Positions 22,321 to 31,442 of a stretch of 36,778 nucleotides of DNA are shown here, piece by piece. The stretch covers positions 1 through 36,778 of the forward strand of contig JAVHOS010000220.1 of the NCBI GenBank assembly GCA_036170205.1. Reading direction: 5' to 3'. Below the pieces are notes generated by a model. The model did not search any database and had not been told where the DNA came from. It saw nothing but the letters and a program-made list of their open reading frames with translations. The DNA comes from Ignavibacteriaceae bacterium. GTDB taxonomy: Bacteria > Bacteroidota > Ignavibacteria > Ignavibacteriales > Ignavibacteriaceae. A program made the position numbers and the translations under genes. Each line of letters begins with the position of its first letter. Position 1 is the stretch's first letter.

Positions 22321-22590
22321 ATGGCAAGAAAGTGTTTAATTGCAAGAGAAGAGAAAAGAAGAGTGTTGGTTGAAAAATACAAACAAATTCGTAAAGACCT
22401 AAAAGAAAAAGGTGAATGGGACGGGCTCCAGGCTCTCCCTAGAAACTCTGCAAAAGTCCGCTTGCATAATAGATGTATGATAACAGGAAGATCCAGAGGA
22501 TATCACAGAAAATTCGGAATCTCTCGTTTAGTGCTGCGTGAAAAAGCTTTACGTGGTGAAATTCCGGGTTTAAGAAAGGCAAGCTGGTAG
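22321..22590 (+). CDS. rpsN: 30S ribosomal protein S14 (long form without Cys zinc motifs)
   Basis: [21 protein letters not shown]...[41 protein letters not shown], 89 aa. The ORF-track start 22240 overlaps rplE and is rejected. Confidence 0.95.
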   Translation: MARKCLIAREEKRRVLVEKYKQIRKDLKEKGEWDGLQALPRNSAKVRLHNRCMITGRSRGYHRKFGISRLVLREKALRGEIPGLRKASW

Positions 22591-22598
22591 GAGATTTT

Positions 22599-22994
22599 AT
22601 GGCAGTAACAGACCCAATTGCAGATTTATTAACAAGAATCAGAAACGCAGTTAAAGCACAAAAAAGAAGAGTTGATATCCCTTTTTCTAATCAAAAAAAG
22701 GGTATCGTAGAAATCTTAAAAGCGCAAAATTTTATTGTCGATTATCAAATTATTGAAGACGACAAACAAAACGTGCTAAGAGTTTTTCTCCGCTATACAA
22801 ACGGAGTTTCCGCACTTAGCGGTTTACAAAGAATTAGCAGACCGGGATTGAGAATCTATTCTCAAAAAGAAAATCTCCCGCGTGTGCTAAACGGTTATGG
22901 TATTTCAATTATCTCCACTTCAAAAGGGTTGCTTACCGATAAACAAGCAAAACGCGAAGCAGTTGGTGGAGAAATTATTTGTAAAATTTGGTAA
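22599..22994 (+). CDS. rpsH: 30S ribosomal protein S8
   Basis: MAVTDPIADLLTRIRNA signature N-terminus. Confidence 0.97.
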   Translation: MAVTDPIADLLTRIRNAVKAQKRRVDIPFSNQKKGIVEILKAQNFIVDYQIIEDDKQNVLRVFLRYTNGVSALSGLQRISRPGLRIYSQKENLPRVLNGYGISIISTSKGLLTDKQAKREAVGGEIICKIW

Positions 22995-23013
22995 TTTTTA
23001 ACGGAGTTTTGTA

Positions 23014-23553
23014 GTGTCACGAATTGGAAAAAAACCGGTAGTAATACCTTCAAATATAACCGTAAAGTTAGACGGTCACTCTCTTTCGGTTAAAGGTCCG
23101 AAAGGGGAATTAAATGATACTTTTCATCCGAATATTTCTCTTGAAATTAAAGACAATGAAATTATTGCAGCCCGATCGAACGATCAAAAAGAAAATCGTG
23201 CATTACACGGACTTACTCGTTCGTTAATTCAAAATATGATTATCGGTGTCAGCGAAGGTTACTCAAAAACTTTAGATATCGTTGGAGTCGGTTACCGTGT
23301 TGAATTGAAGGAAAGTAATCTGCTTATAAATATTGGTTATTCTCACCCAGTTTATTTTATGCCGCCGGCTGGAATTACGTTACAAGCTCCTATACCAACA
23401 CAAATTGTAATTTCGGGAATCGACAAACAGTTAGTTGGCGCAGTCGCTTCAAAAATTAGATCAATACGCAAACCTGAACCTTACAAAGGCAAAGGAATAA
23501 AATATTCAACTGAAGTTATTAGAAAAAAAGCCGGAAAGACCGCTGGTAAATAA
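23014..23553 (+). CDS. rplF: 50S ribosomal protein L6
   Basis: SRIGKKPVVIPSNITV...PEPYKGKGIKY. GTG start after GGAG. Confidence 0.97.
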   Translation: MSRIGKKPVVIPSNITVKLDGHSLSVKGPKGELNDTFHPNISLEIKDNEIIAARSNDQKENRALHGLTRSLIQNMIIGVSEGYSKTLDIVGVGYRVELKESNLLINIGYSHPVYFMPPAGITLQAPIPTQIVISGIDKQLVGAVASKIRSIRKPEPYKGKGIKYSTEVIRKKAGKTAGK

Positions 23554-23574
23554 GATTAGGAGTTTTGAAAAAAG

Positions 23575-23937
23575 ATGTTAGTAAAAAAAGGAAATAGAGA
23601 ACGTTCAAAAACTAAAATTAGAAAAAAGATTTCCGGAACTGCGGAGAGACCAAGACTAACTGTTTATAGAAGTCTCGGTAAAATTTATGCTCAAATGATT
23701 GATGATGTTAACGGAAATACTCTTGTTGCCGCTTCAGATTTAACTAAAGAATTAGCTGAACCGTTGAAACAAGCAAAAGGTAAAATTGCAAAAAGCAAAG
23801 TGATCGGAATCTTTATTGCAAAATCAGCTTTAGAAAAAAATATTAAAGCTGCTGTGTTTGATAGAAATGGTTATAGATACCATGGAAGAGTTCAAGCATT
23901 AGCAGAAAGCGCCAGAGAAGGCGGATTAAAATTATAA
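23575..23937 (+). CDS. rplR: 50S ribosomal protein L18
   Basis: RPRLTVYRSLGKIYAQMIDD...FDRNGYRYHGRVQALAESAREGGLKL. Confidence 0.97.
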   Translation: MLVKKGNRERSKTKIRKKISGTAERPRLTVYRSLGKIYAQMIDDVNGNTLVAASDLTKELAEPLKQAKGKIAKSKVIGIFIAKSALEKNIKAAVFDRNGYRYHGRVQALAESAREGGLKL

Positions 23938-23945
23938 AAAATGAT

Positions 23946-24016
23946 TGCCGGGTCGTCTAATGGTAGGACAACGCCCTTTGGAGGCGTCTGCGGAGGTTCG
24001 AATCCTCCCTCGGCAG
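23946..24016 (+). tRNA. tRNA-Gln (anticodon UUG) embedded in the spc operon
   Basis: 71-nt cloverleaf. Acceptor TGCCGGG/CTCGGCA (U1:A72, one G-U), D arm GTCT-AATGGTA-GGAC, anticodon arm ACGCC-CTTTGGA-GGCGT, 4-nt variable loop CTGC, T arm GGAGG-TTCGAAT-CCTCC, discriminator G. Confidence 0.9.
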
Positions 24017-24057
24017 CATAAAAATTTCATTTGTAAGGTAGTTAAACGGAGTATTAA

Positions 24058-24573
24058 TTGAAAAAAAATGTAAAAGCGAACGAGCAGCCGGTTGACGGAT
24101 TAAAAGAAAAAGTTGTGCACATTAACCGTGTAGCAAAAGTGGTAAAAGGTGGTCGCCGATTCAGTTTTAATGCTATTGTTGTTGTTGGCAATGGTGAAGG
24201 TACCGTAGGCGTTGGTCTCGGTAAGGCAAACGAAGTTACAGATGCTATTTCAAAAGGTGTTGATGATGCTAAGAAAAATTTAGTATCCGTTACGCTTCAT
24301 AAAAATACTATCCCGCATGAAATTATCGGCAAATTTGGAGCCGGAAAAGTTTTATTGAAACCCGCTTCTGCCGGTACCGGACTAATTGCTGGTGGTGGAG
24401 TTAGAGCAGTATTGGAAGCTGCCGGAGTTCAAGACATTCTTACAAAATCTTTAGGATCAAGCAATCCGCACAATCAAGTAAAAGCTACGTTAAATGCTTT
24501 GCAATCTTTGATCAGCGCGAAGGCTATGGCTGCCAAAAGAGTAATGTCAGTTAATCAATTGTTTAATGCATAA
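24058..24573 (+). CDS. rpsE: 30S ribosomal protein S5
   Basis: [39 protein letters not shown] signature. TTG start 7 nt after GGAG. Confidence 0.96.
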   Translation: MKKNVKANEQPVDGLKEKVVHINRVAKVVKGGRRFSFNAIVVVGNGEGTVGVGLGKANEVTDAISKGVDDAKKNLVSVTLHKNTIPHEIIGKFGAGKVLLKPASAGTGLIAGGGVRAVLEAAGVQDILTKSLGSSNPHNQVKATLNALQSLISAKAMAAKRVMSVNQLFNA

Positions 24574-24583
24574 AGAGATGATG

Positions 24584-24772
24584 ATGGCAAAGAAATTAAA
24601 AATAACTCAGACACGAAGTATTATTGATAGACCGGTAAGGCAGAAAGCTACAATCAAAGCTTTGGGTCTTGGCAGACCAAATTATCAAGTAATTCATAAC
24701 GACACTCCTCAGATCAGAGGGATGGTAAAAAAAATTCCACATTTAGTTTCTGTTGAAGAAATTACTGAATAG
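24584..24772 (+). CDS. rpmD: 50S ribosomal protein L30
   Basis: MAKKLKITQTRSIIDRPVRQKATIKALGLGR. Several in-frame ATGs occur at 24566-24584; the last matches the usual L30 N-terminus. Confidence 0.9.
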   Translation: MAKKLKITQTRSIIDRPVRQKATIKALGLGRPNYQVIHNDTPQIRGMVKKIPHLVSVEEITE

Positions 24773-24792
24773 TTAAAGAAAAAGGTTAGTTT

Positions 24793-25248
24793 ATGGATGT
24801 TTTAAGTAATCTAAAATATGCTAAAGGTTCAAAAAAACCTCGTAAGAGAATCGGCAGAGGTGAAGGCTCCGGTCACGGCGGCACTTCTACAAAAGGTATG
24901 AATGGTCAACATTCACGCTCAGGCGCTAAATTCAGAGCTTGGTTTGAAGGCGGTCAAATGCCCCTGCAGAGAAGAATCCCTAAATTTGGTTTTACAAATA
25001 CTTTTAAAAAGGAGTTCCAAATTATTAATGTTTCCGATCTTCAAAAGTTAGCGGACAAATCATCTCTTTCCAAAGTAGTTACACTTGGAGATTTACATAA
25101 ATTAGGACTGCTTTCGTCCAAAACTCTTCCTTTAAAAATTTTAGGAAATGGTGAACTTAAAGCGAAACTTTCTCTCGAAGCAAATGCCGTCAGTAAATCA
25201 GCTCAAGCAAAGATTGAAGCTGTCGGCGGTACAATTAAAATAGTTTAA
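24793..25248 (+). CDS. rplO: 50S ribosomal protein L15
   Basis: RKRIGRGEGSGHGGTSTKGMNGQHSRSG and GGQMPLQRRIPKFGF motifs. Confidence 0.97.
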   Translation: MDVLSNLKYAKGSKKPRKRIGRGEGSGHGGTSTKGMNGQHSRSGAKFRAWFEGGQMPLQRRIPKFGFTNTFKKEFQIINVSDLQKLADKSSLSKVVTLGDLHKLGLLSSKTLPLKILGNGELKAKLSLEANAVSKSAQAKIEAVGGTIKIV

Positions 25249-25259
25249 TGCGGTTATAA

Positions 25260-26597
25260 ATGTCGAAAATTACAGATACCTTTCGCAATATTTTTAAGAT
25301 AACTGAGCTCCGTCAGAGAATTATTTACACCTTAGGAGCTCTCTTAATTGTTCGTTTTGGCGCTCACGTAACAGTTCCCGGAGTAGATGCAACGCTTTTA
25401 ACTCAAGCTATGAAGAATCAAACCACGGATAATTTGTTTGGTCTTTATGATTTGTTTGTTGGAGGCGCTTTCCACAACGCTGCTATTTTTGCGTTAGGAA
25501 TTATGCCCTACATTTCAGCATCAATTATTCTGCAATTAATGGGAGCAGTTGTTCCTTACTTCCAAAAGCTTCAGCAAGAAGGTGAAGAAGGAAGAAAGAA
25601 AATAACCCAGCTAACGCGTTACGGTACGGTTTTAATTTCTGCAATGCAAGCCTGGGGAATCACAATCAGATTAAAAAACATAGATGTTCAAGGTGTTTCA
25701 ATTATTCCGGTTCAAGTACAGGGTATCTTCTGGGTTTTATCAACAATATTAATTTTAACCGCCGGTACGGTTTTTATGATGTGGCTTGGTGAACAGATCA
25801 CTGAAAGAGGGCTCGGAAATGGAATCTCATTAATCATCTTCATTGGTATTATCGACCGTTTCCCTTATGCAATGCTTGATGAATATCAGATGTTAACGCA
25901 AGGCACGAGAAACTTAGTTGTTGAAATTGTTATAGTCGCCTTTATGGTTATGGTAATTGCCGGAGTAATTCTGGTAACACAAGGAACTCGAAGAATTCCG
26001 GTTCAATATGCAAAGAGAGTTGTTGGTAGAAAAGTTTACGGCGGAGTAACGCAATATATTCCGTTGCGCGTAAATACTGCCGGAGTAATGCCGATTATTT
26101 TTGCTCAGTCGATTATGTTTATTCCTAATACGATACTGCAATTTTTTCCTAACAATGATTTTTTACAAAGTGTTTCAAGTTACTTTAATTATACGTCTCC
26201 TGTTTATGCATTTTTATATGCGTTGGTTATCATTTTCTTTACTTATTTTTATACTGCAATCGCTTTCAATCCGAAAGACGTTGCTGATAATATGAAAAAG
26301 CAAGGCGGATTTATTCCCGGTATTCGTCCCGGGAAACATACTTCCGATTTTATTGATAATATTTTGACCAAAATTACTTTGCCCGGCTCCTTCTTTCTTG
26401 CAATTGTTGCAATATTGCCGACATTTGTTGGTAACTTTGGAGTATCAGGCAGATTTGCTCAGTTCTTTGGCGGTACAAGTTTATTGATTATAGTTGGTGT
26501 TGCGTTAGATACTTTGCAACAGATTGAATCTCACTTGTTGATGAGACATTACGACGGATTTATGAAATCCGGCAAAATTAAAGGCAGAAGAGCCTAA
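25260..26597 (+). CDS. secY: Preprotein translocase subunit SecY
   Basis: 445 aa and multi-TM. Motifs GIMPYISASIILQL and MWLGEQITERGLGNGISLIIF. Confidence 0.97.
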   Translation: MSKITDTFRNIFKITELRQRIIYTLGALLIVRFGAHVTVPGVDATLLTQAMKNQTTDNLFGLYDLFVGGAFHNAAIFALGIMPYISASIILQLMGAVVPYFQKLQQEGEEGRKKITQLTRYGTVLISAMQAWGITIRLKNIDVQGVSIIPVQVQGIFWVLSTILILTAGTVFMMWLGEQITERGLGNGISLIIFIGIIDRFPYAMLDEYQMLTQGTRNLVVEIVIVAFMVMVIAGVILVTQGTRRIPVQYAKRVVGRKVYGGVTQYIPLRVNTAGVMPIIFAQSIMFIPNTILQFFPNNDFLQSVSSYFNYTSPVYAFLYALVIIFFTYFYTAIAFNPKDVADNMKKQGGFIPGIRPGKHTSDFIDNILTKITLPGSFFLAIVAILPTFVGNFGVSGRFAQFFGGTSLLIIVGVALDTLQQIESHLLMRHYDGFMKSGKIKGRRA

Positions 26598-26603
26598 ACG
26601 ATC

Positions 26604-27365
26604 TTGATAATAATTAAGACAAAAAAAGAAATTGATTTTATTAGAGATAGTTGTGTAATTGTAGCTGAAACCCTGCAATTGGTAAAAAAAAATGTTCGCA
26701 CGGGTGTTACAACTAAAGAATTAGATCTAATAGCTGAAGATTTTATTTTAAGTAAAAATGCAAAGCCGGCATTTAAAGGATATTCGCAAGGCGATGGAAA
26801 TCCTTTCCCGGCAACCATTTGTTCTTCGAGAAATTGTGAAGTTGTGCACGGAATTCCAGCGAAAACCGTATTAAATGATGGCGACATTATTTCAATTGAT
26901 GTTGGCGTAAACAAAAACGGTTTTTTTGGTGATGCTGCATTAACCGTTGCGGTCGGGAATATTTCTCCTGATGTTCAAAAACTGATGGATGTTACCGAAA
27001 GATCACTTTATTTAGGAATCGACGAGGCGATTGAAAACAGACGTCTGTACAATATTTCAAACGCAATTCAATCCTTTGTTGAGGAGAACGGTTTTTCGAT
27101 TGTTAGAGAATTAACAGGACACGGAGTTGGAAAACGTTTGCACGAGGATCCTTCTATTCCTAATTTTGGCAAGCGAGATTCAGGTCCCAAACTGAAAAGC
27201 GGAATGACTCTGGCAATTGAACCGATGGTGAATATGGGAAAGAAAGAAGTTGTTGTAGGTTATGACGGCTGGACGGTACTGACAAAAGATGGATTGCCAT
27301 CAGCTCATTTTGAGCATACAATTTTAATAACTAACGGGAAACCGGAAATTTTAACAGTTTGTTGA
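26604..27365 (+). CDS. map: Type I methionine aminopeptidase
   Basis: Metal-ligand context [27 protein letters not shown] and FEHTI. TTG start. Confidence 0.95.
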   Translation: MIIIKTKKEIDFIRDSCVIVAETLQLVKKNVRTGVTTKELDLIAEDFILSKNAKPAFKGYSQGDGNPFPATICSSRNCEVVHGIPAKTVLNDGDIISIDVGVNKNGFFGDAALTVAVGNISPDVQKLMDVTERSLYLGIDEAIENRRLYNISNAIQSFVEENGFSIVRELTGHGVGKRLHEDPSIPNFGKRDSGPKLKSGMTLAIEPMVNMGKKEVVVGYDGWTVLTKDGLPSAHFEHTILITNGKPEILTVC

Positions 27366-27366
27366 T

Positions 27367-27585
27367 ATGGCGAAGCAAGGTCCTATAAAAGTTGATGGAG
27401 TGATTTCAGAAACGTTGCCTAACGCTCACTTTAAAGTGCAGTTGGATAACGGACACGAAATTCTTGCTCACATTTCTGGCAAAATGAGAATGCATTTTAT
27501 AAAAATACTCGTTGGAGATAAAGTGTCTGTTGAGCTTTCGCCTTATGATCTTACAAAAGGCAGAATTACCTACAGATATAAATAA
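27367..27585 (+). CDS. infA: Translation initiation factor IF-1
   Basis: [56 protein letters not shown]. Confidence 0.98.
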   Translation: MAKQGPIKVDGVISETLPNAHFKVQLDNGHEILAHISGKMRMHFIKILVGDKVSVELSPYDLTKGRITYRYK

Positions 27586-27596
27586 GCGGAGAAAAT

Positions 27597-27710
27597 ATGA
27601 AAGTTCGATCATCTGTAAAGAAAATTTGTGATAACTGCAAAGTTATCAAACGAAAAGGTGTTGTGCGTGTAATCTGTAAAAATCCAAAACATAAGCAGCG
27701 CCAAGGTTAA
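27597..27710 (+). CDS. rpmJ: 50S ribosomal protein L36
   Basis: 37-aa ORF translated by hand: [37 protein letters not shown] (CxxC...C...H zinc form). GGAG lies upstream. Confidence 0.93.
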   Translation: MKVRSSVKKICDNCKVIKRKGVVRVICKNPKHKQRQG

Positions 27711-27733
27711 TTTAAAATAAAGGAGATACATAG

Positions 27734-28117
27734 TTGGCTCGTATAGCTGGAGTTGATTTACCCAAAAACAAAAAAGTTTATTTTGGTCTTCAATATATTT
27801 TTGGTATTGGTGAGCAAGTAGCAAAAGAAGTTTTAGAAAAAGCAAAAGTCGATGGCGACAAAAAAGTTTCTGCATTATCCGAAGATGAAGTTGCTGTCAT
27901 CCGCGGCATACTACAAACTGATTATAAAGTTGAAGGAGCGCTTCGTTCTGAAGTTCAGCAAAATATTAAACGTTTGATGGACATTGGCAGCTACCGCGGT
28001 CTTCGCCACAGAAGAAGCTTGCCTGCCAGAGGTCAAAGAACCAGAACTAATTCAAGAACTCGTAAAGGCAAACGAAAAACTGTTGCCGGCAAAAAGAAAA
28101 CTCCAACTAAGAAATAA
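27734..28117 (+). CDS. rpsM: 30S ribosomal protein S13
   Basis: [15 protein letters not shown]...[31 protein letters not shown] start after AGGAG. Confidence 0.97.
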   Translation: MARIAGVDLPKNKKVYFGLQYIFGIGEQVAKEVLEKAKVDGDKKVSALSEDEVAVIRGILQTDYKVEGALRSEVQQNIKRLMDIGSYRGLRHRRSLPARGQRTRTNSRTRKGKRKTVAGKKKTPTKK

Positions 28118-28145
28118 TTAAATAGATTAAAGGCGAGGCTAAATC

Positions 28146-28532
28146 TTGGCTAAAAGTGTAAAAAAAACAAAAAAGAAAAATTTAGTAGATTCTAACGGAA
28201 CGGCTCATATTAAAGCTACGTTTAATAACGTGCAAGTTACGTTAGCAGATATTTATGGTAATACTATCTCCTGGTCTTCTGCCGGCAGAAACGGATTCAA
28301 AGGTTCAAGAAAGAATACTCCGTATGCCGCTCAAGTTACAGCGGATGCGGCTGCAAAAGAAGCGTATGCATTAGGTTTGCGCAGGGTAGAAGTGTTTGTG
28401 AAAGGTCCCGGATCCGGTAGAGAATCTGCTATCCGTGCATTAAGTACTGCTGGAATTGAAATCACGCAAATTAAAGACGTGACTCCTATTCCGCATAACG
28501 GTTGCAGACCTCCTAAGAAAAGAAGAGTTTAA
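28146..28532 (+). CDS. rpsK: 30S ribosomal protein S11
   Basis: [30 protein letters not shown]...[21 protein letters not shown] start. Confidence 0.97.
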   Translation: MAKSVKKTKKKNLVDSNGTAHIKATFNNVQVTLADIYGNTISWSSAGRNGFKGSRKNTPYAAQVTADAAAKEAYALGLRRVEVFVKGPGSGRESAIRALSTAGIEITQIKDVTPIPHNGCRPPKKRRV

Positions 28533-28557
28533 TTTTATTATTGGAGAAGTAAAGTAA

Positions 28558-29184
28558 ATGGCAAGATATACAGGTCCTGTTTGTAAATTATGTAGACGCG
28601 AAAAGCAGAAGTTATTCTTAAAGGGACAAAAATGTTTTACGGATAAATGTCCGATCGAAAAGAAAAACTATCCGCCGGGACAACACGGGTTGAACCGTCG
28701 TGCGAAAATTTCCGAATATGGAATTCAGTTACGTGAAAAACAGAAGATTAAAAGACAATACGGAGTTTTAGAAACTCAATTTAGAAATTACTTTGAATCA
28801 GCTAACAACCAGAAGGGTATTACCGGAGATAATCTTGTAAAGATGCTTGAAAGCAGATTTGATAACGTTGTTTACCGCCTTGGATTAGCGTCTTCAAGAA
28901 AATCTGCAAGACAATTGATTCGCCATAGACATGTTATGATTAACGACAGATTGGTTGATATTCCTTCTTATATTCTCAAAGCCGGTGACGTTATTAAAGT
29001 TCGTGAGAAAAGTAAAAAACTTGATCTTATTCACAACTCGTTAAAAAGAGTAAAAGATAACGTTTATTCTTGGTTGTCAATTGATAAAGCTACGTTAAGC
29101 GGTACATTTTTACAAGTTCCTGAAAGAGCTGATGTCCCTCTAAATGCAAATGAACAACTTGTTGTAGAGCTTTATTCTAAATAA
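28558..29184 (+). CDS. rpsD: 30S ribosomal protein S4
   Basis: [23 protein letters not shown] with four Cys in the N-terminal region, plus an S4 RNA-binding domain ([27 protein letters not shown]). Confidence 0.97.
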   Translation: MARYTGPVCKLCRREKQKLFLKGQKCFTDKCPIEKKNYPPGQHGLNRRAKISEYGIQLREKQKIKRQYGVLETQFRNYFESANNQKGITGDNLVKMLESRFDNVVYRLGLASSRKSARQLIRHRHVMINDRLVDIPSYILKAGDVIKVREKSKKLDLIHNSLKRVKDNVYSWLSIDKATLSGTFLQVPERADVPLNANEQLVVELYSK

Positions 29185-29211
29185 TTTTTTTAAGTATGAC
29201 AGAGGATAGAA

Positions 29212-30207
29212 ATGACTTTAGTAAATTTTAAAATGCCTGAAATGGTTGTCTTAGATGACGCCACATTCACTAATGATTATGGTAAATTTTCATTGCAACC
29301 GCTCGAAAGAGGTTACGGTGTAACATTGGGTAACTCTTTAAGAAGAGTTCTCCTTTCATCGCTGCCCGGCGCTGCAATTGTTGCTGTAAAATTTTCAAAT
29401 GTGTTACATGAATTCAGCACGATTCAAGGTGTTGTTGAAGACACCGCTGAAATTATTCTTAACTTGAAACAAGTGAGAATGAAACTGCTCAATAAAAAGC
29501 CGATCAAAATTGATTTATCTTTCAACGGTGAAGGTGAGTTTAAGGCATCGGATATTCAAAAAGAAAGTGCGGAAGTTGAAATCCTTAATCCGGATTTACA
29601 CATTGCTACGTTAAATAAATCAGCCAAATTTGATTTAGAGATTCGTATTGGAAGAGGACGGGGATTCATTCCGGCTAACGAAAATAAATCGCCTGAGTAC
29701 ACGTTAGGTACCATTGCAATCGATTCAATTTATACGCCGATTAAAAACGTTAAATACGATGTTGAAAACGTTCGTATCGGCGACAAGAATGATTTCGAAA
29801 AACTTACACTTGAAATCTGGACAGACGGTTCCATCGCTCCCGATGATGCGTTAACTCAATCAGCCAAAATCTTGAAAGATCATATTCAACTTTTCATCAA
29901 TCTTGATTTAGAACCTGAAGAAAAACAAGCTGAAATTCAAAGAGATTCTGAAAAAGAAAGAGTTAAAAAAATCTTATTAACCAACGTTGATGACCTTGAG
30001 TTAAGCGTTCGCGCTCATAATTGTTTGAAAGCTGCAAATATCAAAAATATTGCCGAGCTTGTAAAACGTGATGAAGCTGAAATGCTCAAATTCAGAAATT
30101 TCGGACGCAAATCTCTTTCCGAATTAACCGAAATCGTTGAAACTTTAGGTTTGGAATTCGGGATGGATATTGACAGTTACATTAAAGACGAAAACGAAAA
30201 CAACTAA
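29212..30207 (+). CDS. rpoA: DNA-directed RNA polymerase subunit alpha
   Basis: 331 aa. Motifs LERGYGVTLGNSLRRVLLSSLPGAA and C-terminal domain LELSVRAHNCLKAANI. Confidence 0.97.
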   Translation: MTLVNFKMPEMVVLDDATFTNDYGKFSLQPLERGYGVTLGNSLRRVLLSSLPGAAIVAVKFSNVLHEFSTIQGVVEDTAEIILNLKQVRMKLLNKKPIKIDLSFNGEGEFKASDIQKESAEVEILNPDLHIATLNKSAKFDLEIRIGRGRGFIPANENKSPEYTLGTIAIDSIYTPIKNVKYDVENVRIGDKNDFEKLTLEIWTDGSIAPDDALTQSAKILKDHIQLFINLDLEPEEKQAEIQRDSEKERVKKILLTNVDDLELSVRAHNCLKAANIKNIAELVKRDEAEMLKFRNFGRKSLSELTEIVETLGLEFGMDIDSYIKDENENN

Positions 30208-30228
30208 TTCTCTGAAAAAGGTTTTGCT

Positions 30229-30723
30229 ATGAGACACAGTGTTAAAGGTAGAAAATTAAAAAGAACGGCAAGTCACAAATCTGCGCTGTTACGTAATTTA
30301 GCTACTTCATTATTAAAATACAAAAGAATCAGAACTACCGTCGCTAAAGCTAAAGAACTTCGCTCTTTTGTAGAGCCGTTGTTATCCAAAGCCATTATTG
30401 GTGATCTTCACAATCAAAAAATGGTGATGGATTCGATTAAAGACAAAGAAGTTGTTAAAGAACTTTTTAGCGATATTGTTTCTACCATCGGTGAAAGAAA
30501 AGGCGGTTATACCCGCATTGTTAAACTTGGGCGGCGCTTAGGCGACGGCGCTGAGATTGCAATTATTGAATTGGTTGATTACAACGAAGTTGCTAACCAA
30601 AAAGCAGTTGAAAACAAAGAAAAGAAAGAAGCCAAAGGCGAAGCTAAAAAAGTTAAAGCAGCCGAAGAAGGCGCTGTTGAAGACGCTAAAGTAATTGAAG
30701 AAACAGAAAAAACGAAAAAATAA
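30229..30723 (+). CDS. rplQ: 50S ribosomal protein L17, with a Lys/Glu/Ala-rich C-terminal tail
   Basis: MRHSVKGRKLKRTASHKSALLRNLATSLL and GGYTRIVKLGRRLGDGAEIAIIELV motifs. The tail runs from about residue 118. Confidence 0.96.
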   Translation: MRHSVKGRKLKRTASHKSALLRNLATSLLKYKRIRTTVAKAKELRSFVEPLLSKAIIGDLHNQKMVMDSIKDKEVVKELFSDIVSTIGERKGGYTRIVKLGRRLGDGAEIAIIELVDYNEVANQKAVENKEKKEAKGEAKKVKAAEEGAVEDAKVIEETEKTKK

Positions 30724-30745
30724 TTACAATATAGTTTGGAGAAAA

Positions 30746-30778
30746 AAGAGTAGTCGGATTTCCGGTTACTCTTTTTTT
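30746..30778 (+). terminator. Intrinsic terminator ending the ribosomal super-cluster
   Basis: 12-bp stem AAGAGTAGTCGG / CCGGTTACTCTT (two G-U pairs) with loop ATTT, followed by TTTTT. Confidence 0.8.
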
Positions 30779-30782
30779 GTTT

Positions 30783-31406
30783 ATGCACAAAGAATTACTC
30801 TTTAAAAAATCAGTTTATGCAGTCTCTGAATTGCCTACGGATTTACTTCCCGAAGTTGTTCTTTGTGGTCGGTCAAATGTAGGGAAATCTTCTTTTATCA
30901 ATTCTTTCTTCGGTAAAAAGAATTTGGCGAAAGTAAGTTCTGATCCGGGGAAAACCCGCTCGCTGAACTTTTACGAAATTGATAAAACTTTTTATGTCGT
31001 GGATCTGCCGGGATTTGGCTATGCAAAGATAGGTCTGGAAGAAAGAAAACGATGGGGAAAACTCATCGAAGATTATTTCAAAACTTCAAAAGTTATTACG
31101 CTGATTTTTCATTTTATCGATAGCCGCCACGAACCGATGCAAAGCGATATCGATTTGTACAAAATGATTTCTTTTTATGGTTTTCCGTACTTTATTATTT
31201 TAAGTAAAGTTGATAAACTAAATCAATCACAGCTTGCCTCGGCAAAAAAAAATGTGTCAAAATACTTTCCCGGTTTTAATTTTGGCGCAAATCTTTTCTT
31301 CTACTCCATAATGTCGAGCAGATGGAAAAGAGACATTGAAAAGCAGCTCTACGGACATTTGGAACAAGCAAAACTAAAATCAAAAGTTGCTAATAAACCG
31401 GGCTAA
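30783..31406 (+). CDS. engB: Ribosome biogenesis GTPase EngB (YsxC/YihA)
   Basis: GRSNVGKSSFINS (G1), DLPGFGYA (G3) and SKVDK (G4). ATG 30783 is chosen because the ORF-track TTG 30777 sits in the terminator T-run. The start lies only about 5 nt beyond the terminator, so expression probably needs read-through. Confidence 0.88.
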   Translation: MHKELLFKKSVYAVSELPTDLLPEVVLCGRSNVGKSSFINSFFGKKNLAKVSSDPGKTRSLNFYEIDKTFYVVDLPGFGYAKIGLEERKRWGKLIEDYFKTSKVITLIFHFIDSRHEPMQSDIDLYKMISFYGFPYFIILSKVDKLNQSQLASAKKNVSKYFPGFNFGANLFFYSIMSSRWKRDIEKQLYGHLEQAKLKSKVANKPG

Positions 31407-31442
31407 GGTTATATTTAGCTAAAAATTAATTAAACATTTTGC

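Noticed and set aside
26598-26603. Missing adk between secY and map
   Set aside because: The presence of adk at this position varies among bacterial lineages. Its absence is not evidence of rearrangement or loss.
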